Assembly: GCA_012862495.1 (NCBI GenBank)
Contig: BLSG01000172.1
Coordinates: 9,711-73,710 of the forward strand
Direction: 5' to 3'
Source of the DNA: Thraustochytrium aureum
Taxonomy: Eukaryota
DNA length: 64,000 nucleotides
Part shown: piece by piece, positions 44,348 through 56,400 of the stretch
Numbering within the stretch: the first letter of the stretch is position 1
Layout of the letters: each line of letters starts with the position of its first letter
Notes under the pieces: generated by a model
Database searches by the model: none
Told to the model about the DNA's origin: nothing
The model's input: only the letters and a program-made list of their open reading frames with translations
Position numbers and translations under genes: made by a program

Positions 44348-47300
44348 ATGGAGAACGACAACCGTCAGAGGCGAGGGTTGGTGCCACTCGTCGAGCCGGC
44401 GTGTGATGCGGACCCGTCCGTCGTCCTCGTTTGTACGACGGAGGACATGCAAATTCGCGATGCTGTCACCGGCGAGATGCTCCGGACAGCGCCTGGGGCT
44501 GCGAGATGCGCAATGGTGGCCTCCACCAAACAAGTTTTTGTGGCACGACGAGACCAAATCGTGCCGCTGCCGGTCTCGCGCCCCTCAGAAGCTCCAATCA
44601 GCTTTGACGCGACCCACCTTGCCTTGTTCGGCCCTGACAAGGCTGCGTCGGACGCATTCAACGCAGGAAGGGATCTTGCGGCATCCAACGGGAACGAGGT
44701 GAAGGCCGTCTTCTTGGACATTCCAGGCGCCCGATCCCTATACGAGTGCCTGATGGCCCAGCTGGCGACCGAGGAGACACCCGTGTCGTACAGGGCGCGC
44801 GTGCGCAAGTGCCGCCTCACCGAGCAACTAAGGGCCGCAATCGTGCGTTTTGACCAGACGCAGGCCGAGTCCAGTATGGGCCACAAAGCTGCTCACTGGA
44901 ACTCAGTCGTCACTTTGCACGTGCCTCAGGTCTCAATGCTGCTGGTTTGCCGTGTCCTTCTCGGCGTCCTCGATGAAACCCACTCAACAGCACTGCCAAC
45001 CGTGGTTTCGCTCGTCGAGCAGCTCCATGAGGAGCTCGGGTTGGGCGAAGTGGCCGCCTCGGCAGCCCTGGTTTCTAGCATGTCGCAGAGCCAGTCGAGC
45101 GGCATGCACCTCGAGCGCGTTCGTCTTGCCAGCTTGCACGGCATGCACGAGGATGACGCGCGCCTCTTGGGCCTTCGCGTCGACGGGACAGACCCGAGGC
45201 TCTCTCGCCTCGCGGGGGCCGGGTTTTTCTACTCCCGCCAGAGCAACGACCGCGTCGGCAAGCTGGTACACTTCGAGTCTGGCGTCACAGCGTCATTATA
45301 CTCGCTTGTTGCGCGCAAACTCGTTCAAAACCCGACCCTAGAGCACAGCTTCCTGGCTCCCTGGTCGCGCTTTGTGCAGCACAAAGTTACTGCCAACGTT
45401 CCCCTCGCAATCTCCATGGCGGCGTCTGCACGGCGATCGCCTGGCCTGGCCACGCGCCGCTTCGACGAGGCGAGCCACGACGCTGCCGTCTCCGATCCAG
45501 GTGCCGAAATCAACCTCCTGCGGGGCTGCGAATGCGAGAAAACGCCGCTCCTCGTCTCCGCAACACGTGACGGGGTCGTTACTGTGTGGGATTGCCAGGA
45601 AGGCGCTGCCAACCACGCCTCTAAAGCCTTCGCCTTTGCTGCGCTTCCCCCGCCGCTGGACCCGTCTGTGTTTCAGAGCCCACCCTTTTCTGCGGGGACG
45701 TCTACACCGCCCTTCTCAGCCACGTCGCAATCCCCAGTCACGCCGGGCGCCGCAGGCACGGTCGATACTTATCCTGAGGGGCAAGCGCAAGGAGCGCACA
45801 CGGTGGGGCCTGGGCCAGGCGGCTCTGGCGCGTTGCTGGCAACGTTTCTTCCAGTTGAGGACGAGATGGCCCCCAACGCGCGGGCGGCGCTTCTGGCCAC
45901 GCTCGACACCCGCGTACTTGGCCCAGACGCAGTTTTCGACATCTGCGTGCTTGCCAAACCCAAGCGCAGCAAGAGGTCGCGCAAAGCGAGNNNNNNNNNN
46001 NNNNNNNNNNNNNNNNNNNNNNNNNNNNNNNNNNNNNNNNNNNNNNGGTCGCGCAAAGCGAGCGGAGACGAGCTTCAAAACCCTTTGCTTGCTGGAAAGG
46101 GGCCCTACGTTGACCCAGCTCTATTCGGCCGCCACGGGGCGTCACAATCCCATGGCCAACAAGTCAACGACGCGCTTGGAGCTATGCCGGACGCCGTGGC
46201 GACCCCTGCGCCAGCAGAGCCCTCAAGCGCGACCGGCGTGGACGGTGCACAAAGCGCCGCGAGACGATCAAGTACAAGTTCACGCATTGTCGCCTGGTGG
46301 CAGCAAGGAATCGAGGTAAAAATCAAGGGCGGGCTCTACAGCGGCGCAACTGGGTACATCCTCGACGCATCGCGAATTACCGCAGACGGCTCTGGGGGCA
46401 AGCTCAGCATTTGGCACAACGGATTGCAGGACAAGCTCGACATTGACATCGCCGACGTCGTTCCCGCGAGGCCAGCGAAAAACGACACGATCATGGTCAT
46501 CTCAGCAAGCAGCGGAGTGAAAAGCATTGGCACATTTGTCTCCGCTAAGGACGGCGTTGCCTTTGTTAAGCTGCGGCGGCGCGGGCGCTCGCAACGTGCC
46601 AACATCAAAGGTCGCCACGGCATTGCCCACGTGAACGAAGCAGACGATCGGAGCATGGTGACGAACAGAAAGTGCGCCCTCGAAAAGATTTTCAAGTTAT
46701 CCGAGGACGCCGAGTCTGCTCTGGAGATCCGGGCCTCGGCTGCAGAGAACGAAGGGCCCGCCTCGCATTGCTTTGTTGTCGTACTTTTTCGTGGCCCAGA
46801 CGCCGCTCCCGGAGGGAACGTGGATAGGCCGGCCTCTTCTGTCGTTTGCGTTTACAGGCGAAACAACGGGAAGACAGAGTGCATCCAGGCACTGCCTGTG
46901 GAGGGCTATCCCCAATCTCTCCACTACTGCACCAAGTCGAGTGCGCTCGTGGTGGCGGCCGGCGGATCGTTCTCCACGTTCTCACTCGTCAGCTACGAGC
47001 GCGGCTTTTTCTATCACCCAACCAACAAGGTGCCCGCGCGACAAGGGCCCCAGCCCGTGGCCGTGCGTCTCATCCGCACCGACGCGCTTTTTGCTGCTGC
47101 AGCAGTCGCCGGGGCTTTGGGGTCAACAAGCTTGAGCGCCTCGTCGCACAACGCGGAGGGCCCGACCCAGGCGAGCGGGGCCGCGCCTGCCAAATCTGGC
47201 GTTTCGCCTCCTGATGCTCCTGGAACCCCCATACCGAGCGCGGTCGCGCCGGGCGAACAAACTGCCGGCTTAGAGCAGGTTGATGCGCAGGCCGCTGTAG

Positions 47301-47365
47301 GGCAAGATGACCACGCGGAGGCAGAGGGGGAAGACGAAGAGGAGGAAGACGAAGAGGAGGAAGAC

Positions 47366-47400
<35 letters not shown>

Positions 47401-50400
47401 GGGCGAGGAATATGAAACGACCGACAAGGGCCCCGCTCAATCGAAATCGACCAGCAAACCACATGCCGTTGCATTTGCTTCAGACAACGCAGGTGACGCA
47501 GCCAAGCCGCCATCAACGCCAGCGATGGCGGGGCTCGACCGCTCTCGCGCGACCGGTCCGCGCGAGTCGCCTCGCTCTGGCTCCGGTGGACCCAAGGCTC
47601 AAAGCCAAGGCTCTCGCAAAGCAAGCCTGGCTGGAACGATGTGCGTAGCAATCATGTACGCAGACGGCGTCGTGCGGTTTCTGCTCGCCTATTCTCTCCT
47701 TCCGGTGCCAGTTAACGCAATCCGTATCCAAGAGGCCGATGTCTCAGGCTCGAGCGCCTTTGTGGACCTTGCTATCCTGAATATGGACAACGCTGCATAC
47801 CTTTACGCCTTGCGCGCAGACGGGTCAGTGGCGACAGTGCACCTCCCTTTACAAGCTTGCTCGCACCTGACGTCGTTTCCGTTCGACCTGAGCGACCAAG
47901 ACGAGCGCAGCGCGTTGGCGGGGGAGCGGGAGCCGACGCTCAACGAGCTCGACGCGCTACGCCAGCAACTCGAGTGGGAAGTTCTTGCGTTTCGCTCGTT
48001 CGTGCCCGCTAGAGGGCGCCAACGCGTTTTCACAACGGGAAAGAGTGGGACCGTCCTGCGATGGCGCATGCAGGGCCGAATTGGAGCCGATGGCACAGAA
48101 CTGGACAACGATCCGGACGACGCCAGCGAAGGCATCAAAGCTCCTGGCACCGATTCGACCGGGCGGCGGAGCTCGCCAGGTGACGGCACACTCGGTGGTG
48201 GAGGTGGCGACCATGCAGTTTCGAGGCGGGTGGGCTCATCGAGCCCCATGCGGATCTACAGCGTCGACATTCCAAACGACGCCTTGACTGGGAGCTTGAG
48301 CTCGTTGAGCCGTGTGCGCTTGGACGGCTGTTTGTGCATATCGATCTCCAGATGCGGCAAACCACTACGCCCCAACCGGCGCTCGAGTTTGCAGGGACGC
48401 GGGGCGCGTGCGCGTCTGTGAGCCTTCGCCCGCTCTTCACTGATGAGCGGGCAACGTATCTGACGGTTGAGGCTTGGGTGAAGCCGAGCTGGGGCGCCGA
48501 GAAGAGTGGCTACCAAAGTGGTGATTCGGATCACCCAACTGGCGTCGAAGATCCTGACATAGTTGAAGTGCCGGTGATTCGAAAGACCACCAAGGGCCCA
48601 GACGGTGAGGTCCCCCAGTACGAGCTCAGCATTACCCGGTCCGGTCGAGCCTGCTTTCGAGTGTGGAAGGACGACGACAACGTGTACACCACCTCCGTAC
48701 TCCGAGGGCTTGGGTCTGAGGAGCGCGTTCTCCGACCTGGCGAATGGCATCATTTGGCCGCCGTTGTCGGTGGCTCGGGACTAGAACTTTTCGTGGACGG
48801 CGACTTGTACGCCGCAAGCGAGCTTGTCCGGGTCACGATGCGCCCCGACTTGGAGACCTCTCGGAGCCCCACATCGGCTATAAGGGTGCAAGGGACGAGC
48901 AAACCGCAGCCTGCCACCGAGGTTGGCCTCGCAGAGGGGGCCGTGGAGACGGCGATCAACGAGGAGTCCGCCAACCAGGAGGGCAAAGCCACCACCGGCG
49001 GCCCAAGCCGCGCAGCTGAAGGCTGTACGGCCCGCTTCGTATCGGAGGCGACGGCGCTGATCGGTCGTTCCGCGGGTGTGTTAGGCACGTTCNNNNNNNN
49101 NNNNNNNNNNNNNNNNNNNNNNNNNNNNNNNNNNNNNNNNNNNNNNNNNNNNNNNNNNNNNNNNNNNNNNNNNNNNNNNNNNNNNNNNNNNNNNNNNNNN
49201 NNNNNNNNNNNNNNNNNNNNNNNNNNNNNNNNNNNNNNNNNNNNNGTGTTAGGCAACGTTTCGCTTGTGGGCCATGTCGCGATCGCAGCAACAGGTCCGC
49301 GACTGGATGCACCACAGCGTCTCCTCGGCCAGGCCGGGACGGCGCTGGCGCCGTGCCCAAGGATTCAGCTCGTCGGCCCTCGAGGAGCAGCAGTAGCAGC
49401 AGCAGCAGCAGCAGCGGCGGCGGCGGCGCGGATAGCGAGCCTGATGGCGGCGAGGGCAGGGACCGGCGACCGCCTTGCTGGGGGCGGCGGTGACGACGAC
49501 TCCTCTACTGACAACGAAACGGGTGGACTCAAGTCTCGCCGTAACGTCAAGCGCCCACTGAGACTCGACACGGCGGCCCTGGCAGCCGGCCAGGACGCCG
49601 CAGCACTGTCTTTTGGGGAGGCTGCCAACCTCGTAGGCGCCTGGCCGCTAGACCGTCCTCCGCCCCGCTCTCATGACGGAAGGGCGTCCATCCGTCTTCC
49701 TGTCCAGGCAGGTGGGATAGAGGGCGTTCCCGGGGCCAACTTGTCGAGCCCGGCTGCTGCCCATTGGGTCTACGCAAACGTACCGCTGATGGACTACACG
49801 CCTGATCTGTCGATATCTGCAACGGTTCACTCGTACGAGTCTCCGAAGGGTCAGCGTGTTCTCGACGACGAAGCCCTCGAAGGCTGCGAGGTTTCCTTTG
49901 ACCTGGGGGCTGTCATGGGGAACCGCCTGGTCATCTCGCTCCACCAGTCGCCCAGCGAGCATCTAGCGACTGTGACAGGGGTTTCGTTTCACGTGACCGG
50001 CCGGGCGTTGAGCACGACCCTCAAGCTCCGCGAAAGGCTCCCGCTCATCTCCAAGCACTACCTCCCATGGGTGCCTCTCCAGGGCCTGGCGGCTGCTTGG
50101 CGCACGTTTTTGAGCAAAGCCTTTGGGCGCGCGCTGCTCGGCATGTTGCTCCATGGTGGCTCTAACGACGAGGTTGAGTCATGCTCCCCAGCAAAGCGGC
50201 TGGTTGCAGTTAAGCTACTCCAGTACCAGCTCCTTGCCGGTAGCACCTGGCTTCCGTCGGCACTTGACGCTCGGTCGATCGAGATGCTCTTGAGCGCCTT
50301 GCTCATCGATCTCGAAAGCTGCGCCCTTGCGCCGGAGATTTGCGAGGCGGCCTGCGCCCTTGTTCTTCAAATCGTCAGAGCAAGCGAGCGCCAGGAAGGC

Positions 50401-53400
50401 GCCGTGGGACTACGCGAGCAAGTCTTCAACGCGGCGCTGAACGTCCTCCCAGATGCCACAGACCGCGCTGAGACCGTTGAAGGCGTCACGCAGCTCCTGG
50501 AGATCGTCGCGAGGTGCTGGCCAATTAAGGGCAGTCGAGCCTACACGATGGCGTTTACCAACATTATGGAGCAGCTTTGCGCGATCGGAGACCGCCTCGA
50601 CTCACACCGGTCGGTTTATCACAACATGCTCCGCACTTTCTTTGCGGACTACACGCGGCCGTTNNNNNNNNNNNNNNNNNNNNNNNNNNNNNNNNNNNNN
50701 NNNNNNNNNNNNNNNNNNNNNNNNNNNNNNNNNNNNNNNNNNNNNNNNNNNNNNNNNNNNNNNNNNNNNNNNNNNNNNNNNNNNNNNNNNNNNNNNNNNN
50801 NNNNNNNNNNNNNNNNNNNNNNNNNNNNNNNNNNNNNNNNNNNNNNNNNNNNNNNNNNNNNNNNNNNNNNNNNNNNNNNNNNNNNNNNNNNNNNNNNNNN
50901 NNNNNNNNNNNNNNNNNNNNNNNNNNNNNNNNNNNNNNNNNNNNNNNNNNNNNNNNNNNNNNNNNNNNNNNNNNNNNNNNNNNNNNNNNNNNNNGCCGGC
51001 AACCATGACACAAGCACTGCGGGTGGGCTTGACACCGCTGCTGGGTCAGCGGGGGGCGCCACAGGGTCTGCGCTGCTTTCGTCCACCGATGCGGCCGCCG
51101 GCGCAAGCAAGAACAGCAGCCTCGGCGCTGTGAGCGTGTTGACCGTGCACTCCAAAACGCCGAACGCGAGTGTGGAGGGCATCTTGTCTCAAAGCAGCGG
51201 TAGCAGTGGCAGCAAGCTGACGCCGAAATCGCGCCCCGGGAGCAAACCCAAGCAACGCGGGTGCACAGGCCTCCCTCCAGGCCGGCTCGTGGTCAAGTTT
51301 TCCAACGTCCTGCAGTCTTCCAAAGACTCGGTGTGCGTAATCGACCTCGGTCACTACTGCAGCATTGGAGCACTGAGCGCGGTGCCGACGCTCGAGCCGC
51401 CCGCGTCAACCGCGGGTGCCGCCGCAGCGGCGACCATTTCGGGGATACTGACCGTCGAGGCGTGGAAGTCGCGCCCCCCTTACGCCGGGGAGCGGTCGCT
51501 CATCAAGGCGCATGGCGTGGAGCTCGAGCTGCACGCGTTCAGTGGAAGCTTTACGTATGACCGTGATGGCACGATCGGCGTCAAGAGCCACTTTCCAACC
51601 GTTGTTCCCCGCAACGTGCTCTTGAGTTCCGGCAAGTGGTACTATGAAGTGACGCTGGTTAAGACTGGCGACGGGGTTGCGCAAATCGGCTGGGCGGACT
51701 CTGCGTTCCAAGGAAGCGACGACGAAGCGACGGGCACCGGAGACGATGATCACAGCTGGGCGTATGACGGGCACCGGCAAAAAAAGTGGAACAGCGGCTG
51801 CACGAGCTGGGGCAGCCGCTGGACTGACTCCAAAGTGGTTGGCTGTGCTGCCGACATCGACAACCGTGTGTTGAGTTTCTCGCTAAACGGGTCCTGGTAT
51901 CCACCGATGGGAGTCGCCTTTAAGGACATCGTCATCTCTGGCGGGCTCTTTCCCTCCATCACAGGCGAGCGAAACTTCAAATGCCAGGTCAATTTTGGGC
52001 AAAAACCTTTCCACCACTCGCCACCCGAAGGACATCGCGCAGTATTTGATTGGGTGCGTGAGAACCAACACACGGTCGAGTCGACAGGATCTGGTGCGCC
52101 TGTGAGCGCCGCAGAGTCTTTTGTGAGCGCGCTGCCCACCCCGATCGGGGACATCAGCGGCATGGGGAGCGCGACCGCTGCGAAAGGTGGCGGTGCCCCA
52201 TTTGCGGCCCCATTGCTGTCCAAGGCGAGGTTTGACCAGATTGCCTCGGTGTCTCGTGGGACCAGCAGCAGCCGGGAATCAAGCACTGCGGGCGGCAGCG
52301 GCAGGTCGGGGATTGTGCTTGTCCGGTGCGCCCTACGCAACGGGCAGACGCGCGTATTGGACTCGAAAGATACCCGATTTATGGGTGAGTGCGAGGCAAG
52401 GTATCTCCGCGTTGTTTTCAGCTGTCACGACAACGCAGAGATGCAGCCCTGCTCGCAGTTCTACAACGCAATTGCCGTCCCGAGTTCCGCCGCTCAGATG
52501 CAGGACGATGATGCTGGGAGCGCAGCAGCGGGCCCAAAGAGCCGTGGATCAAGTTCTCTGGTCGGCAGTGACAGGGTGCCGCCCAGCATTGCGATCTGCA
52601 CGACAGACTACGCGCAGGACTTGACTGAAAGCGAGCTGAAAGAGGCGTCCGACGAGTCGCTGGCGGTGGCGAAGGGCGGCGACGCAAGCCAATCGCCCTC
52701 TACCGATGCAGCCGAAGCAAGCATGGAAGACTCCGTCCGCGCGTGCCGAACCGCACCCGGGCCCCGTCGCGGGTCTTCAGTCTGGGCCCACCATTCTAGC
52801 CAAAAGCCACCTGCGCCGTCGACGAAAGGCAATGATCAATCGTCAGATGCTGTGGAGGAGAAGGGCATTCTCGACGAATTTGAGGTCGAGAGCCCTGGTG
52901 AGGTCGGCGAGTCGGGCAAATGGGCAGGCAAGACGGCGGCCTCCAACTTTGTGTCTTACTTCAATGCGCTGAAAGAAAGCGTGAAATCCGGTGCGTCCGC
53001 AGAGGTCACGGGGCTCGCGACAAAGGCGTTGGCCTCGACGTTCGCCGGGTCACTACATGCCGACAGTCTCTCGCACCTCTCGGCCCTCTCAAAGCCGAGC
53101 AAGTCAAAGGCGCTCGTTGGGTCCGCCCTTAGCGCGGCGAACGGGACCTCCTCCGCCTTGTCCTCCGTGCGTAAGAGGTCCCGCACTGCGCCCAACATCA
53201 AGGTGTCAGTCGAGCTGACCGCAGAAGGGATCTTGGATTGCGTGCCGCTCGCCGACGTTCTTCCGTCCAAGCTGCGTTCCTCCTTCCTCGTCGAGAGCAA
53301 GGCTGTCGCGGAGACCGCGTTCGTATCCAGCCTCGCGCGCGTGGCAGAGTGCCGCCAAAATCTCGAGCTCGCCCTTGAGCGCTTCAGTGGGTCGATTGGA

Positions 53401-56400
53401 ACGGCCTCTGCTGGGACGTGGGAGGGCATGGATACGAGCGCGAGCGGCTGGGACGAGGCATTTGCCGAGATGGAGGATTCCCATCCCCTCTTTTCAGCTG
53501 TCCAGTCAGTCAAAGTCGCGCTCGTCGACGGGGTGGCTTGCGCCCTCGCGGACGCCGAGGTGGCCCGGGAACGATTGGACTATTTGCACAAGGTGGTTGA
53601 CCTCGAGGCCGAGCACGAGGCGGACGACATCGCGCTCAAGGCGGAGAGCTCCCCTATGCTCGCCATGCTCAATGCGCGCGTCGGGAGCATGCCGTCGAGC
53701 GAGGGAGGGGCCTACTTTGACACTGTGCCCGTGATTCGGCCTGGCCGCGCAGAGTCGATGCGAGTTAGCAGGTGGTACCGCATGGTGGAGATGCTCACCA
53801 ACCTGCTGGTGCGTAAGTTCCCAGACGACGACCCGGCGACGAGCACGAGCCGGCCACTGCCAGTTCGGCCGCCCTAGTCGTGTCTGAGCCCAAGCCGTTT
53901 GTTTCCGTCGTTCTCCTGCACAAGGTCTTCTCGCACTTTTGCGTGCAGCACACGTGCTCTGCGGAGCAAATCCGCGTCACTGGCAAGCTGGTTCGGCGGG
54001 GCTTGCGAAGCATCAGCAACCTCTTTGCGGACGCCTCCGCCGAGTTCGCCTGCGACGTTTTGCGGAATCACTTTGCCACTCCTAGCGTCTTTCTCGGCCC
54101 AGCCTTGGCTTTTCCTGAGCAACCCGTTTTTGCGCTCCTGAAGGCTATTGTGGAGGGGCCCAACGCCACGTTGGCAGTACAAAGGATCTTGGCAATGATC
54201 CAAGGTCTCGTCCAAGCCAACGCGGACGAGGCGGCGCTGTCCGCCAACATCCCTCTCATCAGCTGGGCTCTGGTCCTCCTGTCCCATGCGCTTGAGAGTG
54301 AGGCGCAGAGCGAATCCGCCCTGGCTGTCCGCGGAGACTCCTCAACGGAGACTGCGACTCGTGCCGTTCACCCGAACTGCATTTGCGCCGTCTGCGGGAC
54401 TAGTCCAATCGTTGGATGCCGGTTCCGCTCTGTCAACCTCGCTGATTACGACCTCTGCGAGATTTGCGAAGGTGCTGGGCGCTACCCAGACCCAACCCAC
54501 GTATTCCTCAAGATCCCGCGCCCTTTGCCTCTTCCGCCGGCAGCCGATCAGCCCCATCTTCTTCCGCTTGGACCTCTCCTGCCGGATTTGCGCACCGTGG
54601 ACGAACGCGTAGGCAGCGGAGAGCACATGAGCCCTATGGTAACCGTGGCGAGCGCAGCGAAAACAGCATCGTACCACGCGCATGCCGGGAAGAGCACAAC
54701 CGCAAAGCTTGCTGCTGTCTCGGCAGACGCCGCTGCCACCGCCGCCGCTTCCACGTCCACTAGTAGCGCATTGTCGAGCGGCGTTGGTGCGGTCGCTTCG
54801 CCATTCCTGGACGAGTTGCCGGGTGATGCTTTGCTGCAGGGATACTCGGCGACCGGCTCGCTGAAAATCTCCTCAAAGCAAAAAGTCGGTCCAATGGCGG
54901 GGCCAAGGCTGGGGCTTTCGGCACCACCCCCAACAGCGCAAATCACTCGAATTACCTCGCTACTGAGGCAGCATCGACCGATTTGCACACTAGCTCGTCG
55001 GGCCCGGGCGTGTCGTACTTTGACATTGACAGCGACTCTGATGGCTCCATCACCTATTCCTCGGGCGCAGCGGGGGGTGTCGAAGCTCCGAAACCTGGGA
55101 GTGCGAGCGCCGGCGGGGGCGCCAAGCAAGATGGTGTGAGCAAAGCCCAAGGCTCAAGCCAGCTCCTTTCAGACCCGAAATCTGCGGCAGTCGCTGCGGC
55201 CGCTGCAGCCGGTATTGGCCCTGTACACCTTGGGGTTGCCTGCGACGGGTGCGGCATGAACCCAATCGTCGGCGTTCGGTTCAAGTGCGTAAATTGCGAC
55301 GAGTTCAACCTCTGCACGAGATGCGAAACCTACACCGAGTCGACGCGGGGCCACTTTGCGATGCACGTCTTCGCCAAGCTCCGCCGCCCGCTGCCTTTCG
55401 TTCAAGACACGAATCCCACCGCTTTGGTAGCCGATCAGGCCCTTATTCCGGTCCTTCTCCACCCGAGCTTTTTTGGCAGAGTGATGCGGGGCTCGGAGCA
55501 AGAGCTCGAGTCGCAGGGGCGATCGGTGGGCTCCGGGAGGCTGCACATTGGGGCTAGTGCAAAGCCGCTTGGGAATGAAGCCCTGGGAGCGTCTCTGATT
55601 CTGGAGAGCTTGGCGATGCACGGCTCGATCGAGGACCAATCGGGCGCCCCAAGTGGCATGGTCAAGATCAACCGCCGCCACAGTCATATCTTGAGCTCCA
55701 CGGGACGATTTGGAAAGCCGACCTCTGTGCTGAGCGGCTATGCCGGGTCCTCGATTGCCACGCGCGAATCAAGCGTCTTGGACTCGCCACCATCGAGGAG
55801 GGCAGGGTTCAGGTCGTTTTCCTTCTCCGAAGAGGACGAGCTGGCCGCTGCGGCCTCCGCGGCCGCAGGCGAGAGCGCCGAAGACGCTGCCGAGCGCGCA
55901 AGATCTGCAGCGGACGCGCGCGCCCTCGAGGTGGTCTTTGCTCTTTTGAGCTCGCCGGTGATCCTGTCCCCGCTGCAAATTGAGCTCTTCTTGATGATCG
56001 CTCGGGTGCTCGAGCAGCTCGTTCTTCGGTCCTCCACTGACGCCATTGTCAAGGGTGCTCTAGAGTTGGATGGCTTTGTTGCGTTTCTTCGACAGATCGC
56101 CGGGTGCTCCGAACCGTTTGTGCACGGTGCCGTTGTTCGTGTGTGCGAGGCGATGTGTGCGCGGACGGCGTCGCAGGGGATTCGGCGACTCCTTCGCGCC
56201 AAGGTGGTGGACGCTCTTGAGCCACCCCCCCTGGAACCGGCGTTCGTGTTGGAGCTTTTGCTGGTCACGCTTGGGCCTGTTCCGATGCCCGTCATGCCCG
56301 TTGGCGAAGACGGCAGCTTGATGGCAGTGGTCCCGCTCCACGCAAGTCGAACTAGCTCCGTCCGGGGCCTGGCGCAAGCTGGCCTGACCGCGCACGGCGC

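Noticed and set aside
45975..49265. Direct repeats flanking small gaps (GGTCGCGCAAAGCGAG either side of 45991-46046; GTGTTAGGCA(A)CGTT either side of 49093-49245)
   Set aside because: Most likely unmerged contig overlaps rather than target-site duplications or real repeats
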